Shown: positions 37,296 to 51,302, counted from the first letter of the stretch. The stretch: DNA of 56,891 bases from Octopus bimaculoides (GCF_001194135.2 NC_068987.1:54655747-54712637), one strand, 5' to 3'. The notes: generated by a model not told the origin, from the letters alone. Numbers and translations are program-made.

Positions 37296-39740
37296 CTCCC
37301 CGCCATAGCTTGACAACCAATGCTGGTGTGTTTATTTCCCCATAACTTAGCAGTTTGGTAAAAAAGGGCTGATAGAATAAGTACTAAGCTTACAAAGAAT
37401 CAGTTTTGGGGGTCAATTTCTTTGACTAAAACCCTTTAAGATGGTGCTCCAGCATGAACACAGTCAAATGACTGATACAAGAAAAAAAATAAAAGAATAT
37501 ATATATATGCAGGTAGGTAGGTAGGTAGGTAGGTTGGTGCAAACAGTGGAAATAGAACTCAAAAATATGAGTATATGTATATATTTATTAATATTTAGCA
37601 GAAGCAACAGAGTGGCTCAAGGCTCAAGAGTTTCGTGTGTTGGCACTTATCAAACTAGTTACAAGCTGAAGGCTTGCATGTGTGTGTGTGTGTGTGTGTG
37701 CATGCCTGCATGCGTGTGTGTGTTTTAATTATACTGTATGTGATTTCTGTGCTCTTATATATCTAAAATCACACTGTGTTGGTATTTTTGTTTGGTTGAA
37801 GAAACAGGAATGAGACAAAGGAATGAAACAGTTTGTATTTTTAAGCATCAACTTCCCTCTTCACAAGTCTATTACAATGCCAAAATCAGTTATGTTTCTC
37901 TTACTTGATACCCTACTTCATATTATATTGAGTGCTTTTATTTTGGTTCCTACAAATGATCCTATGCATTCAGACAGGCAAGCAAGCAGGTAGTCCAACA
38001 GGCAGACACACACACACACAGAGGCAGGCAGATAGGCAGTCAAATAGACAGGTAGACAGAGAGGTAGATAAAGCATAACCCTATAGTAAGTGCAGCTTCA
38101 ACAAAAAAAATGCTCCAAGGCCTACATTTGAGTCAAAAAAATTCTGAATTTTCCTTCAAAGAAATAATGATTTGAACAACAGAACAGAACTATCATCACT
38201 TTGCATGGAACTATGTATTTTTTGCATAAATACCAGTCTTCTTGGTTTTCAAGCTTGCTCAGAAAAAAAAAAAAAATTGGTTTCGCAATGTTTGTGGAAA
38301 TATTGTTTTTTTTTAAATATTGTTTTGCTTGAATAATTTGAACAATATGAAATGCAATTTCATGAAAAAAGAACAGCTATTGGAATGACCTCCTTTGTAT
38401 GATGTTTAAAAGCCAAATGCAGTTATAAGTGAAAAACAAAATATTCTCATGAGAGCTAGACATGAAATGAAAAATATGAGCTTGAAACAGCCATTTTTAT
38501 ACATATTGCTCACCTGACATTTTAAAAAGAGAATAAAGATAAGCATTTTCTCAATAGATTTTGTACAATATTTCAAGATATATGCAAAAATCAAATGATT
38601 TAAGAGATAAGCAACAATGGATTACAGTTCATGTATTGACTTCTGTAATTTATTGCTTTTTACTGAATTAATAGAAATAACCACCAACCACCACTTTAGT
38701 AATGCTTGTCCATGAAGGGATCGGCCACATTCCTGTTTCCATCCTCTTTGACCTGTCTACCTTTTTCCCCTACACTTCATCCCCTAATCCCCACCATTTC
38801 TCTATCACCTAAGAGAAGAGTAGGCACATACTACATCCCCCTGCTTCCTCAGTTACCTTCCTCAAGCCTCCCACTGCAGACCATTTTCATTTCCCATTAT
38901 CTTTCCCTGCCTACTGTCTCCACCAATCACTACTTTTCCATACCTTCTTGCCTCTCTGTTATTCCCCATCATTAACACCTCACTTATCTGCTATCACCCT
39001 CAATGACCTCAGATATCTACTACAACCCCAACCCCAAGCCTCTCCTGTATTTCACTCCATCATTCATCAGTCACCACTATCATGCCCACTCAGCCAATCC
39101 AAACCTCTGTATCACCTCACTTATTCTCACTACTCCCAATGTCCCTTGAAGTCATGTCTTAACACATCTTCGCCACTATCTCTCTCACTATTGCTCTCTT
39201 TATTTTACTCTTTCATTCACCCACTCTTTATCTTACTCTCTAACTTGTGCTCCTTTCTCTTCTCTATCCATGTATTTACTCTACACTACAACAAGACTTC
39301 TATCCTTCTCTCTATATACCTTTAATCTCTCAAATGGTACAAAACTACCCCTGCCTCAATACTACTCCACGCTCCCATCTGAGGAGTTTTGTCTTACAAG
39401 TTGCTTGGTGACCCTGTCAGTGCTGGTGTCACATAAAATATACTGGTGCTGGTGCCATATAAAACGCATCCAGTATACTCTGTAAAGTGGTTGGCAATAG
39501 TTAGGACATCCAGCTGTAAAAACCATGCCAAAACTGATGATGGAGCTGGGTGCATTCTCAATCTTACCAGCTCCTCTCAAACAGTTCAACCCATGCCAGC
39601 ATGGAAAATGAATATCAAATGATGTGAAAGTGTTCTTAGGAGATTATGTGGTGGTTGTAAACAGTCCATGTTTCTGCCAAATAAAGAAGGGAAGATTGTA
39701 TGAATGTACAGTAGAGCAAATTCTTTTGTGCTGACTTTAA

Positions 39741-39939
39741 ACTTTTGGCATTCAGATTTCTTTGTCAAATGTAATATTTATTTATCCACATTGTTTTGAA
39801 TTAATCATGAATGATCTTGTGGCATTGAGATTTTGATAATGTAATTGTATATTTTTGAGTCAGTGTAATAGGCCAGATCTGGCCAGTTTGAACATAAAAC
39901 TGGTAGAATATTTGGGCTGGATATTTAAATGTTAAAGGG
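39741..39939. mobile_element. piggyBac-type MITE
   Basis: TTAA at 39737-39740 and 39940-39943; right end ...AAATGTTAAAGGG, left end degenerate ACTTTTGGCATTCA. Confidence 0.6.
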
Positions 39940-40089
39940 TTAATATGTCATTGTAACCACACATGAGTCCTAAGAGAATCAAAAGACTTTGAATGTGAGA
40001 TGCAATTTCTTTGTCTAAAGTTCCTTTTGAGTTAACCATGCTGCTAAGCTATCTAAAGTTTAAAATAATCAACAACAGCTAACCTTTTA

Positions 40090-40500
40090 TCATTTATATA
40101 CATGTGGAGAAAGTGCTGGTCTATAAACTTTTAGAATGACTAAATAAACACACTATTCCAACTTTTGTTCCAGGATCACACTGCAGGTTCAGATCATCAA
40201 GGAGGACATCTCATACAATATTTACTGTTCATCAACTTCGGGTAGAATGTATTATATACATATCACTGTTTTGGAGATATTTGTAAGGCCTTTGATACTA
40301 TGAATAAAGATGCACACTGGATTATTTTGAAAAAGTATAAGACATCTATACAAATTTATTAAAATGATTAAGCTACTGCATAAAGACATGAAGGCTAGAA
40401 TTTAAAATGGTGGGACTTTTTCAGAACATTTTACTATATAAAATGGTGTAAAGCGAGGTGATATTGATGTTCCAATACATGATTTACTTTGTGGCAATGT
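40090..40500 (+). mobile_element. RTE-clade reverse transcriptase fragment
   Basis: SHCRFRSSRRTSHTIFTVHQL, FGDICKAFDTMNKDAHWIILKKY and FIKMIKLLHKDMKAR...NGVKRGD across frameshifts. Confidence 0.8.
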
Positions 40501-41849
40501 TATCTTTTACTTTAAGTAACTCAAAAGGAGCGGTTGGCGTTACAAAGAGCATCCAGCTGTAGAAACCAGGCCAGAACAGACAATGGAGCCTGATGTGGCT
40601 GCTGACCTTACCAGCTCTGGTCAAACTGCCCAACCCATGCCATCATGAAAACATTAAATGATGATGATGATGATGATGACGACGATGACGACAACGATGA
40701 TGATGATGATGATGAAAGGCTGGTATTTTCATGGAACCTATTCAGTAGACATATAAGCAGGGAAAATATATTTCTCCAATGATTGCAAAAATAGCCTTCG
40801 TCAATTTTCAAACCTTACTGAGTTCTCATAAGATGTGTCTACATCACTTAACATTTCAGAGAAACAGATAGTTAATCTCTTTAGACACACACTAAAAATC
40901 CTGTAGTTTCAGAGAACTGGAGCAATTAATTAGCATACTGTCAGTATTTAACACTTTATTTAATATCGGTGGCCTGTCAATGGAGATTTTAGTCCACACA
41001 GTAGCATGGTATGATATTAGATATAGAAACATATATATATNNNNNNNNNNNNNNNNNNNNNNNNNNNNNNNNNNNNNNNNNNNNNNNNNNNNNNNNNNNN
41101 NNNNNNNNNNNNNNNNNNNNNNNNNNNNNNNNNNNNNNNNNNNNNNNNNNNNNNNNNNNNNNNNNNNNNNNNNNNNNNNNNNNNNNNNNNNNNNNNNNNN
41201 NNNNNNNNNNNNNNNNNNNNNNNNNNNNNNNNNNNNNNNNNNNNNNNNNNNNNNNNNNNNNNNNNNNNNNNNNNNNNNNNNNNNNNNNNNNNNNNNNNNN
41301 NNNNNNNNNNNNNNNNNNNNNNNNNNNNNNNNNNNNNNNNNNNNNNNNNNNNNNNNNNNNNNNNNNNNNNNNNNNNNNNNNNNNNNNNNNNNNNNNNNNN
41401 NNNNNNNNNNNNNNNNNNNNNNNNNNNNNNNNNNNNNNNNNNNNNNNNNNNNNNNNNNNNNNNNNNNNNNNNNNNNNNNNNNNNNNNNNNNNNNNNNNNN
41501 NNNNNNNNNNNNNNNNNNNNNNNNNNNNNNNNNNNNNNNNNNNNNNNNNNNNNNNNNNNNNNNNNNNNNNNNNNNNNNNNNNNNNNNNNNNNNNNNNNNN
41601 NNNNNNNNNNNNNNNNNNNNNNNNNNNNNNNNNNNNNNNNNNNNNNNNNNNNNNNNNNNNNNNNNNNNNNNNNNNNNNNNNNNNNNNNNNNNNNNNNNNN
41701 NNNNNNNNNNNNNNNNNNNNNNNNNNNNNNNNNNNNNNNNNNNNNNNNNNNNNNNNNNNNNNNNNNNNNNNNNNNNNNNNNNAATCTTAAATTAATTTGA
41801 CTAATGTTATTTTTTTCCGTTTTGTTGAAATGACTTACAATTTACTCAG

Positions 41850-43935
41850 ATGCTTATACGTGTGTTCTTATATAAAAGTAGCCTTTTTCGAAATGAGTGT
41901 TATAAACAATATTTTGAGAAATAGTTTTTCGAAAAGAGACTTCGATGGAAAACAATTAATTATAAACGGTGGGAGACCAACACCGAATTTACCTAATTTG
42001 CAAAGCTACAACAAGAAATTCACGAGACAATTTCAGGTTAATTTGTATGAAAAAAAAATGGTTAACTGGAAGTGCTACACTTAATAAATTATTCTGTTGG
42101 CCTTGTTTACTTTTTTGCTTAGAAAAGAATGTTTAGAATGATAACGGCTATGATGATTTAAATAATTTACATAAGGCTATGCTAAAGCACGAGCGTTCGC
42201 AAAGGCATGTGAAATCTTTGATAGATCTTAAAATATTCGGGAATGTTCGCATACTGACAATTAGATGCATGTAAAAAATCAAAGCGTACAACATCATAAT
42301 GAGAAAGTTAGACGAAACAGATCCATTCTGCAACAATTGATCGATGTTGTTATTTTTTTAAGACTCCAAGAATTATCGCTTCGGGGTCATTTTGAATCTG
42401 AAGGCTCTAATAATCGTGGAAATTATAAAGAACTCTTATATTAAATCAGTAAATATGACAAAAAATGGAAAGTCATCTAGATACATTTATCTTCACCGGT
42501 CTGTCAAACAGAATTCAGAATGACTTGATCGATGCAATTCATAAAGTTATGTTGAATGAGATGCAAAAGGAAATTGAGCAAGCTAAGTTTGTTTCTATTC
42601 TTGTTGATGAGACATCTGATGTCTCAGCATATTCACAACTGTCAACAGTTTTACGTTATGTTACAGAAGACTGTGTGACGAAAGAACGATTTATCGGTTT
42701 TATTGATGTTAGTGCAGATCGATCTACAAATGTTTTATCTGAACATGATTTTAAATGCATTGAGACGTGGCAATGTGGAAAGAAATTGATTGCACAGAAA
42801 TATGATGGTGCCGCTACAATGGCAGGACAATTAGATGGATTACAGGTAAAAGTAGTAAAGAAATATGAATGTGCGATCTTTATTCATTGTTGTGCCCATT
42901 TCCTAAATTTAGTTCTTTCACAATCATGCTCTGCTATGAAAGAATGCAAGATATTTTTTTCTACAATAAACGGACTGGATACATTTTTTACGAAATCACC
43001 GAAAAGGGCTAATGCATTAGATAACATTGTTAAAAAAAGATTTCGGAAAGCAATAGCAACTAGATAGAATTACTCCTCACGTCTTATTATTACCTTAAAG
43101 GAAAATTATTATTTCATAATCAGCCTTTTTGAACACATCATTGAAAATCCTGAAGCATGGGATGATACCACCATAAATTCAGCAATTGGATTCTTACACA
43201 CTTTAAAAGCTCCTGATTTCTTATTTTTTGTAAGAAGTATTCAGTGATATTTTTTTTCTTTTACTGACGTCTTATTTAACATGCTCCAGAGTAAACGTCA
43301 TGACATAGTGTATTGTAAAGAGTAAATAGATAAAACTAGAACTGTACTCGAAAACAAACTTGATAATTTTTCAATCTTTTATATGTTAGGGGGAAAATAT
43401 GGAGTCGATGCAGGAATCGGAATTCAGAGATCCAAGAATATATCTATTGAGCCCCAACGACATTATAGGATGCTTTATAACAAAATTATCAGTACAATAG
43501 TTGACCAAATAAAAGCACGATATTCATCCATAGAAGAGTTTAAATTCATGGAACTTTTGAATTTCAACAAAGTTGATGGAGTATTGCAAACAATTTCCTG
43601 TGGACTCTTTAGATTCTTTAAAAATGACTTATGGCAGATTTTTTGATGTAATATGATTNNNNNNNNNNNNNNNNNNNNNNNNNNNNNNNNNNNNNNNNNN
43701 NNNNNNNNNNNNNNNNNNNNNNNNNNNNNNNNNNNNNNNNNNNNNNNNNNNNNNNNNNNNNNNNNNNNNNAATCAAAACATACCAAAGAAATGCAACAGA
43801 AGAAAGAAAACTGTCTGGGTTAGCACTAATGTCAATTGAAAAAGATTTATTACAACAATTGATGAAAAGAGAAGATTTCTATGAAAATATGATAGATATA
43901 TTTGCCCAGAAAGATCTAAGAATTGAATTAATTTA
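41850..43935 (+). pseudogene. hAT transposase relic (ZMYM1-like/DUF4371 type)
   Basis: TTF-like WLTGSATLNKLFCWPCLLF, LRGHFESEGSNNRGNY, SNRIQNDLI, VDETSDVS, YDGAATMAG, HCCAHFLNLV, C-terminal KLSGLALMSIE; several stops and frameshifts, gap at 43659-43770. Confidence 0.92.
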
Positions 43936-44441
43936 GAAATTAGGTAAATAACATTTTAGAACATTAAAAAAAAATTTTGGTTAGTGTTTGTTATAACATA
44001 AGGTTCGACCTTCTTACATCAGTATGGTTTCGCAGGAGAAATGGTTCGACTTCTTCGTCACACCTAACCTACATAGGTTTTCCTTTCTGTGCTGCTGGGT
44101 GTAGTCTATTTACGACCGTAAATGTCTTGTTTCAATCTGAAATGTTGACTTCTGGCACAACAGTTTTGGAGAGGCTTTTTACAATGTTGAATTTTCGCTG
44201 TCTTTCATTGTGTGTGTATTCATGTATATGCGTGTATTTTCAATGTGTGTGCGTGAGACGTAGTCTTTTAATATACGGAGTTCAGTAAGTCTCAGAACAG
44301 TCTGCTTGAGTATCAATAATTTTCTCGGAATTGACAAGTAGCATGATAAAGCACCTGACTTGTCTTTGAGAGCGTAACTATCTAAAACCATGGCCATATA
44401 ATGTATGTATGTATGTGTGTATGTATGTATGTTTATGTAGG

Positions 44442-44842
44442 TTACTGTTCTCTTCTTAATTGTTGGCACTCCGTCGCTTACGACGTTGAGGGTTCTAGTT
44501 GATCCGATCAATGGAACAGCCTGCTCGTGAAATTAACATGCAAGTGGCTGAGCACTCCACAGACACGTGTACCCTTAATATAGTTCTCGGGGATATTCAG
44601 CGTGACACTGTGTGACAAGGCTGACCCTTTGAATTACAGGTACAACAGAAGCAGGAAGAAAGAGTGAGAGAAAGTTGTGGTGAAAGAGTACAGCAGGGTT
44701 CACCACCATCCCCTGCCGGAGCCTCGTGGAGCTTTAGTTGTTTTCGCTCAATAAACACTCACAACGCCCAATCTGGGAATTGAAACCACAATCCTATGAC
44801 CACGAGTCCGCTGCCCTAACCACTGGGCCATTGCGCTTCCAC
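44442..44842 (-). mobile_element. tRNA-derived SINE family E, full length
   Basis: Minus head GTGGAAGCGCAATGGCCCAGTGGTTAGGGCAGCGGAC...GGTTTCAATTCCC; CpG-retaining body distinct from families A-C. Confidence 0.7.
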
Positions 44843-45179
44843 TCTTGTTAATAGGACTAAAGAAAAAGTACTGCATCCAGTGAGAGATAAATGTCAGTTA
44901 ATATACACAGTATTTGAGCATGAGCTACTAAAAGTTTCATGCTGTAGAAACAATAACTCAGCAGATTTATAATGCCTTGTGTCACCGAGCAATCGTTAAA
45001 CACAAGGCATGATATATAAAACTGGCAAATTATTGTGTTTCTACAGAATGAAATTACTTGTAGCTCATATTTAAATACTGTGTATGTGTCTGTGTGTGTG
45101 CATAGAGTGAGAGTAAGAGAGCACACACACACACACACACACTCATGCCCGCATGCACACACTCACATATATTATCTTT

Positions 45180-45730
45180 CATCTGTTGTTTCAGTCATTA
45201 GACTGTGGTCATGCTGGAGTACCATCCTGAAAAATTTGAGCTGAATAAATCAACCTAAATACTAATTTTTTTAAACCTGGTATTTATTTTATTGATATCT
45301 TCTGCCAAACCACTAAGTTACTGGGACTAACACAGACACAAAGACCAATGTAGATATATATACGTACATACAACCGGCTTCTTTCAGTTTCCATCTACCA
45401 AATCCACTCGCAAGGCTATAGCAGAAGACACTTATTTCTTTATTGCCCACAAGGGGCTAAACATAGAGGGGACAAACAAAGACAGACAAAGGGATTAAGT
45501 GGATTACATCGACCCCAGTGCGTAACTGGTACTTAATTTATCGACCCCGAAAGGATGAAAGGCAAAGTCGACCTTGGCGGAATTTGAACTTAGAACGTAA
45601 CGGCAGATGAAATACCACGAAGCATTTCGACCGGCATGCTAATGTTTCTGCCAGCTCGCCAAGGTGACATGCAGTAGGACTGAACCCAGAACCATGTGGT
45701 TGGGAAATAAGCTTCTTACCACCCAGCTAT
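45180..45730 (-). mobile_element. Family A SINE interrupted by a family C SINE (45434-45660)
   Basis: A sequence breaks at GAAGACACTT| and resumes at |AAGGTG; the insert is a complete C body with an AATAAAGAAAT tail. Confidence 0.82.
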
Positions 45731-46953
45731 GCCTATAACATGAAATTTGATTGGTGCAATATATGAAAGTCTTTGCCCTTGAGTCACTTATGTTGCTGGG
45801 AAGCTGTATAACAAAAAAATAAATATGTTCATGCTCTACTTTTGTTTATTGAGTTCTATTTGTCCTGTTGGTATTGCCAAACCTATCGTTCAACACACAC
45901 ACACAAACTTTTAGTGGGAGAGAGAAGGAGAAGGATAGATAGACAGATACACAGACAGGTAGACAGACATGTACACATAAGCAACTATAAATATTTGTTT
46001 ATATGACGTATTGCCCCATTTTCATACTTTTAAGTGTAATAAAAGAGACAAGAGTTTAAATTTTCTACCGAGATATAGAAGCTGTGAGTATGTGTATGTA
46101 TTGATGTGCGTGTGTGTGTATGTGTCTGAATAAAAAAAGGTAGGGCATGTCTATATACATATCATCGATGTCATGTTGGGGGAGGTGTTTCCCTACCATC
46201 TTGGTTCTGCTAGTTTTCATAACCATTAATACATAGACAAACATTCTTTACAGTGTCTTGAGATCGTCTCTTTAACAACCAACCTCAGAACTTCAACTAC
46301 TTTCCAGCTACACACTCCTCAGGGATTTCATTCTGATTTGATACATGCACACACTCACAAACACACAAACATACTCACACATACACACCGAGATGCATAC
46401 ACACATATACAAACACGCATACATATGCACATGCACACACATAACACACACAAGCATGTCCATGCACACACAAATTTTTGCCCCCAGCCACTCACACATG
46501 CACACACATACATATATAGACAGACACATGTAAATACACATAGGCACATACATACCCTCCCCCCATACTTGTACCCTAATATTTGGTTATCATTTTGTCT
46601 GGGGTCATTTAGTACTTTAATGGATATATCATTAGAAGGGTAAGGTAGGGGTTAGTGCTTTCACAAACGCCTTTATCTATGAGAAACATCCACATATATT
46701 ATGACTGAGAAAAAAAGTAGCTCAGAAGTGTGCTATCCCTATAAATTAATAAATATGGTCGGGTGTCACATTTGTAATAAATTGAGTTCAAAAGCTTTGA
46801 TCTTTGATCAACAAAGATTATCAGAGCAATTAGGGGACAAAAATTCCCTTTTGGGAATGTTTAAAATCTAAATACTGGTAAGCAAGGGCAATAACTCTAA
46901 TGAAATATATATATATATATATTTGTTTGTTTATAGTTTCAGCTTAGAGCTGC

Positions 46954-47005
<52 letters not shown>

Positions 47006-47205
47006 CTGTTGTTATATATATATATATATCTATCTAGGAGAGAGGCACAAGCACATACACAGATATATACACACACGGCAGTAACTTTCGCCTACCAAAT
47101 TCAATCACAAAGCTTCGGTCGGCTCAGGGCTATAGCAGAAGACACTTACCCAAGGTGCCACGCGGTGGGACTGAACCCGAAACCATGTAGCTGGGAAACA
47201 TATAT

Positions 47206-47760
47206 AACTGTGGTTGCTGCAGAGCATCAAATTGGTGGCAGAACTTGCAGTAATCCAGCACCACTACACAAAGAAGATTCACTTGGTGAAACAGATTAGC
47301 TACTGGGAGAGGCTACAAGAACTGAAGCTCTACTCCCTGGAGAGAAGATGAGAAAGGTATGCAGTGACATTTATATATGGAAGATCCTGGAAGGTCTAGC
47401 TCCTAACTTTAGAATTAAAAGCTATACAAACCATCGAACTGGAGGGCACAACATACTACTAAAGACACCATCTTCTTCATCTCAGATGAGGACCCAGTAT
47501 TGCAATTGCTTGGGTTTCAGAGGACCACAATTGTCTAACATCTTACTAAGGAACCTAAGAGATCTGGAAGGTGTAGATGAGGAAACTTTTAAAAAGCTCC
47601 TGGATAAATTTCTATCTGAAATCCCAGATGAGCTCACATCATGGCAGGAAGCAAATGAAGAGCAGCTTCATCCAACTCACTTTTTCATCAAAAGCAGTAC
47701 TGAAAGGAGACCCCAAAACACTGAAAGGCAGTGCTCCAGCATGGCTCCAAAATAAAAGAA
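47206..47760 (+). mobile_element. CR1-group LINE 3' end
   Basis: W...IKLVAELAVIQHHYTKKI...SYWERLQELKLYSLERR, WKILEGLAPN, FRGPQL, FKKLLDKFLSEIPDE, AASSNSLFHQ. Confidence 0.85.
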
Positions 47761-48379
47761 TATATGTATATAGATAGCTTATAAAATATTATTATCGTTA
47801 TTGAGAGAATTGTAAAAATCAATACTGCTTACCAAATACTGTTGCAGAAGTATATATATATATAATATTCAGTATTTCATTTATTCAATAAGACATTCAA
47901 TATTTCATTTCATTTTACTATATATATTATATATTCTACATTCTATATCCCACATTAATTTTATAAGAATATAAATAAAACAAAAAAAAAACAGAGTTGG
48001 AATTCTTTTGAATAATATATATATATATACATATATACACTTTATTAAAAAACAGCAGAAATATCACAAAAACTGTTACTCAGAGTTTCACATTCTCAGT
48101 TTTGTTTAGAATAAGGCATATTACTCTACCTCTGGTATGCAAGTTTTATTCTTTCCACCTTGATTCACATTTATGCGCTTACTCCTGTATATATGTGTGT
48201 GTGTGTGTTATAATTTAGAACAAACAGTAAAAAGGTTGTCATTATAGTACTTGGAGTTGTTACTTTTTATTATTACTTTTTAAAATTTCCTTACTAATTA
48301 TACCAATTTCTGATTTTGCAGGGTTAATTAGTCTGCATTTAGGATTAGATAGGAAGTTCTTTTTGTTATTACTTTTTAT

Positions 48380-48410
<31 letters not shown>

Positions 48411-48414
48411 CTTT

Positions 48415-48790
48415 TATCTTTTACTTGTTTCGGTCATTAGACTGTGGTCATGCTGGGGCACCACCTTGAAGAATATTTAGTCAGCTGAATCGACCCCTGT
48501 CCTTTTATTTTTTTTTTAAGCCTGGTACTTATTCCATCGATCTCTTTGCTGAACTGCTAAGTTACATAGATGCAAACATACAACAGTAGGTGTCAAGCAG
48601 TCAAGGGGGACAAACACAGATGCAAAGACACACACACATATATACGATGGGCTTGTTTCAGTTCCTACTCATGAGTCTTTCATCAGCCCAAAGTTATAGT
48701 AGAAGACACTTGCTCAAGGTGCCATACAGTTGGACTGAACCTGGAACCATGGGATTGAGGAGGAAGCTTCTTACCACAATGCCACACCTG
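48415..48790 (-). mobile_element. SINE family A, diverged
   Basis: Reverse-complement match to the family A consensus. Confidence 0.75.
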
Positions 48791-48797
48791 CACCTAG

Positions 48798-48877
<80 letters not shown>

Positions 48878-49588
48878 NNNNNNNNNNNNNNNNNNNNNNN
48901 NNNNNNNNNNNNNNNNNNNNNNNNNNNNNNNNNNNNNNNNNNNNNNNNNNNNNNNNNNNNNNNNNNNNNNNNNNNNNNNNNNNNNNNNNNNNNNNNNNNN
49001 NNNNNNNNNNNNNNNNNNNNNNNNNNNNNNNNNNNNNNNNNNNNNNNNNNNNNNNNNNNNNNNNNNNNNNNNNNNNNNNNNNNNNNNNNNNNNNNNNNNN
49101 NNNNNNNNNNNNNNNNNNNNNNNNNNNNNNNNNNNNNNNNNNNNNNNNNNNNNNNNNNNNNNNNNNNNNNNNNNNNNNNNNNNNNNNNNNNNNNNNNNNN
49201 NNNNNNNNNNNNNNNNNNNNNNNNNNNNNNNNNNNNNNNNNNNNNNNNNNNNNNNNNNNNNNNNNNNNNNNNNNNNNNNNNNNNNNNNNNNNNNNNNNNN
49301 NNATATCATTTATATACGCATGTATTTTTATGTACATTTATATTTTTTATATATATTTATATTTATATTTTGTACATCTTAAATTTTAATTTAATTATAT
49401 TTCAAAATATTACTGTGTCACATTAAACATATATCTTTCGAAATTTAAATATTGATTTCCTGTGAATATTATTAATAATTTTATAAATTTATTAATGATA
49501 TAAAAACATATATATATCTATTTGCTCAAAGTAATAGAGCACTTAATATAAGCTCAATAAAATATTCCTTTTGAATATTCTTTATAAA

Positions 49589-49618
<30 letters not shown>

Positions 49619-49620
<2 letters not shown>

Positions 49621-49868
49621 CGTTGCTATTATGTTGAACTGTTGTATGTCCAAATTTGGCAAAATGCGTTTTTTTTCAATATTTATTTTAGCTTGCAATA
49701 CCCAGTTCTTTTGGTCAAACTATCGTATCTCCAGCTGCTTCAGATGTCAAGATACCAAAAATTGTCAAACGGTTTTGCTATGAAATGGTGAAACTATTTT
49801 TTTTTTTTTTTTGTGTTCTGAAAGAGCAGCATTTTGGAATTACAACACTTTTGCATAATAGCAACAAT
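49619..49868. mobile_element. MITE with about 40-bp imperfect TIRs
   Basis: ATCGTTGCTATTATGTTGAACTGTTGTA / TACAACACTTTTGCATAATAGCAACAAT. Confidence 0.55.
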
Positions 49869-50532
49869 TAGAAGAACAGGCAAAAAAGACGGGTCATTTT
49901 TGGCTTTCTTTCTTCAATCAAGTACCAGAAGTCATGACCATTTCAAACAGTTGCACTTGAGATGGTTCGATCTGGTTGTCCCCAAAAAAGTCTAGGCTAA
50001 GAGCATTAGACCTCTTTGTAAGAAAGCTAGTGAATGTGTATGGCAACAAAGACAAAAAAAAAACAAACAAAAAAACCCCAGAGAACATGGTACAGAATTA
50101 CGAATACAAACAACAAGAAATAACAACAGGCGTCTTTCGACTGAGAACAATTCAAATTGAGCTGGCGTGTATGGAGTGAAAGCCTAAAGGCAAGAACATG
50201 GGAGATGGACACAAGACGTGTTGACGGTCGACAGTCAGGCCAAGAAAGAAAGATCATGGCTAGCCAGACGCTGGTCATGTGGAAAGAATGGAAAGGGGTA
50301 GGAGACAGCTGGATTGAAGGATTAGAAAAAAATCAGACAAAGGGAAAGGTGCAGGGGAGATAAACGAGTGGGAAATAGTGGGAGTTAAAGAAAGAGAGTG
50401 AAGAAATGTTAGAGGGGGGAGTGAGAGAAAAGAAGCAAAATGAGAGGAAGAATAAAAGATAGGGTAAGAGTCATACAAAATATAGATACATACCTACTAT
50501 AAGGTGAGCACAAGAGTGTACATACGCCGCTA

Positions 50533-50830
50533 TATCATCATCATCATCGTTTAACGTCCGCTTTCCATGCTAGCATGGTTTGGACGATTTGACTGAGGAC
50601 TGGTGAAACCTGATGGCTACACCAGGCTCCAATCTGATTTGGCAGACTTTCTACAGCTGGATGCCCTTCCTAATGCCAACCACTCCGAGAGTGTAGTGGG
50701 TGCTTTTACGTGTCACCGGCACGAAGGCCAGTCAGGCAGTACTGGCAACAGCCACGCTCAAAATGGTGTATTTTATGTGCCACCCGCACAAGAGCCAGTC
50801 CAGGGGCACTGGCAACGATCTCGCTCGAAA
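50533..50830 (-). mobile_element. Family B element, young
   Basis: Near-identical to 21384-21664. Confidence 0.88.
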
Positions 50831-51104
50831 GATGTATAAATATTAAAATGGAACAAAAACGCAATAGAGGGCATTAAAACGTTTAGACAGATAGACAACA
50901 CAAAGGTGGTGCTGGTGCCACATAAAAGATATCCAGTACACACTGTGGTGGTTAGCATGAGGAAAAGCAACCAGCCTCTAGAAACCATGTCAGAACCGAC
51001 AATGGAGCCTGGTGTGGCCTCTGGCCTTACCAGCTCTGGTGAAACCATCCAGCCCCAGTATGGAAAACACACGTTAAATGATGATGATGATGATAACGGT
51101 GATG

Positions 51105-51136
<32 letters not shown>

Positions 51137-51302
51137 CCCCCTAACTTAGCGGTTCGGCAAAAGAGACCGATAGAATAAGTACTAGGCTTCCAAGGAATAA
51201 GTCCTGGGGTCGATTTGCTCGACTAAAGGCGGTGCTCCAGCATGGCCACAGTCAAATGACTGAAACAAGTAAAAGAGATAGATGAGTAGATAGATAGATA
51301 GG

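Noticed and set aside
38700-39350. C/T-rich stretch with ORFs of 89-125 aa
   Set aside because: Low-complexity composition with no motif or hammerhead found.
48655-48695. Minus-strand CTGATGA...GAAAC
   Set aside because: No stem II or NUH site; it is a mutated family A segment.
49691-49786. Open 96-bp AG...GT segment (LAIPSSFGQTIVSPAASDVK...)
   Set aside because: It sits inside a TIR-bounded MITE and the donor is weak.
50590-50615. CTGAGGA-CTGGT-GAAACC in family B resembling a hammerhead core
   Set aside because: Only 5 nt lie between the boxes, no U at position 16.1 and no stem I.
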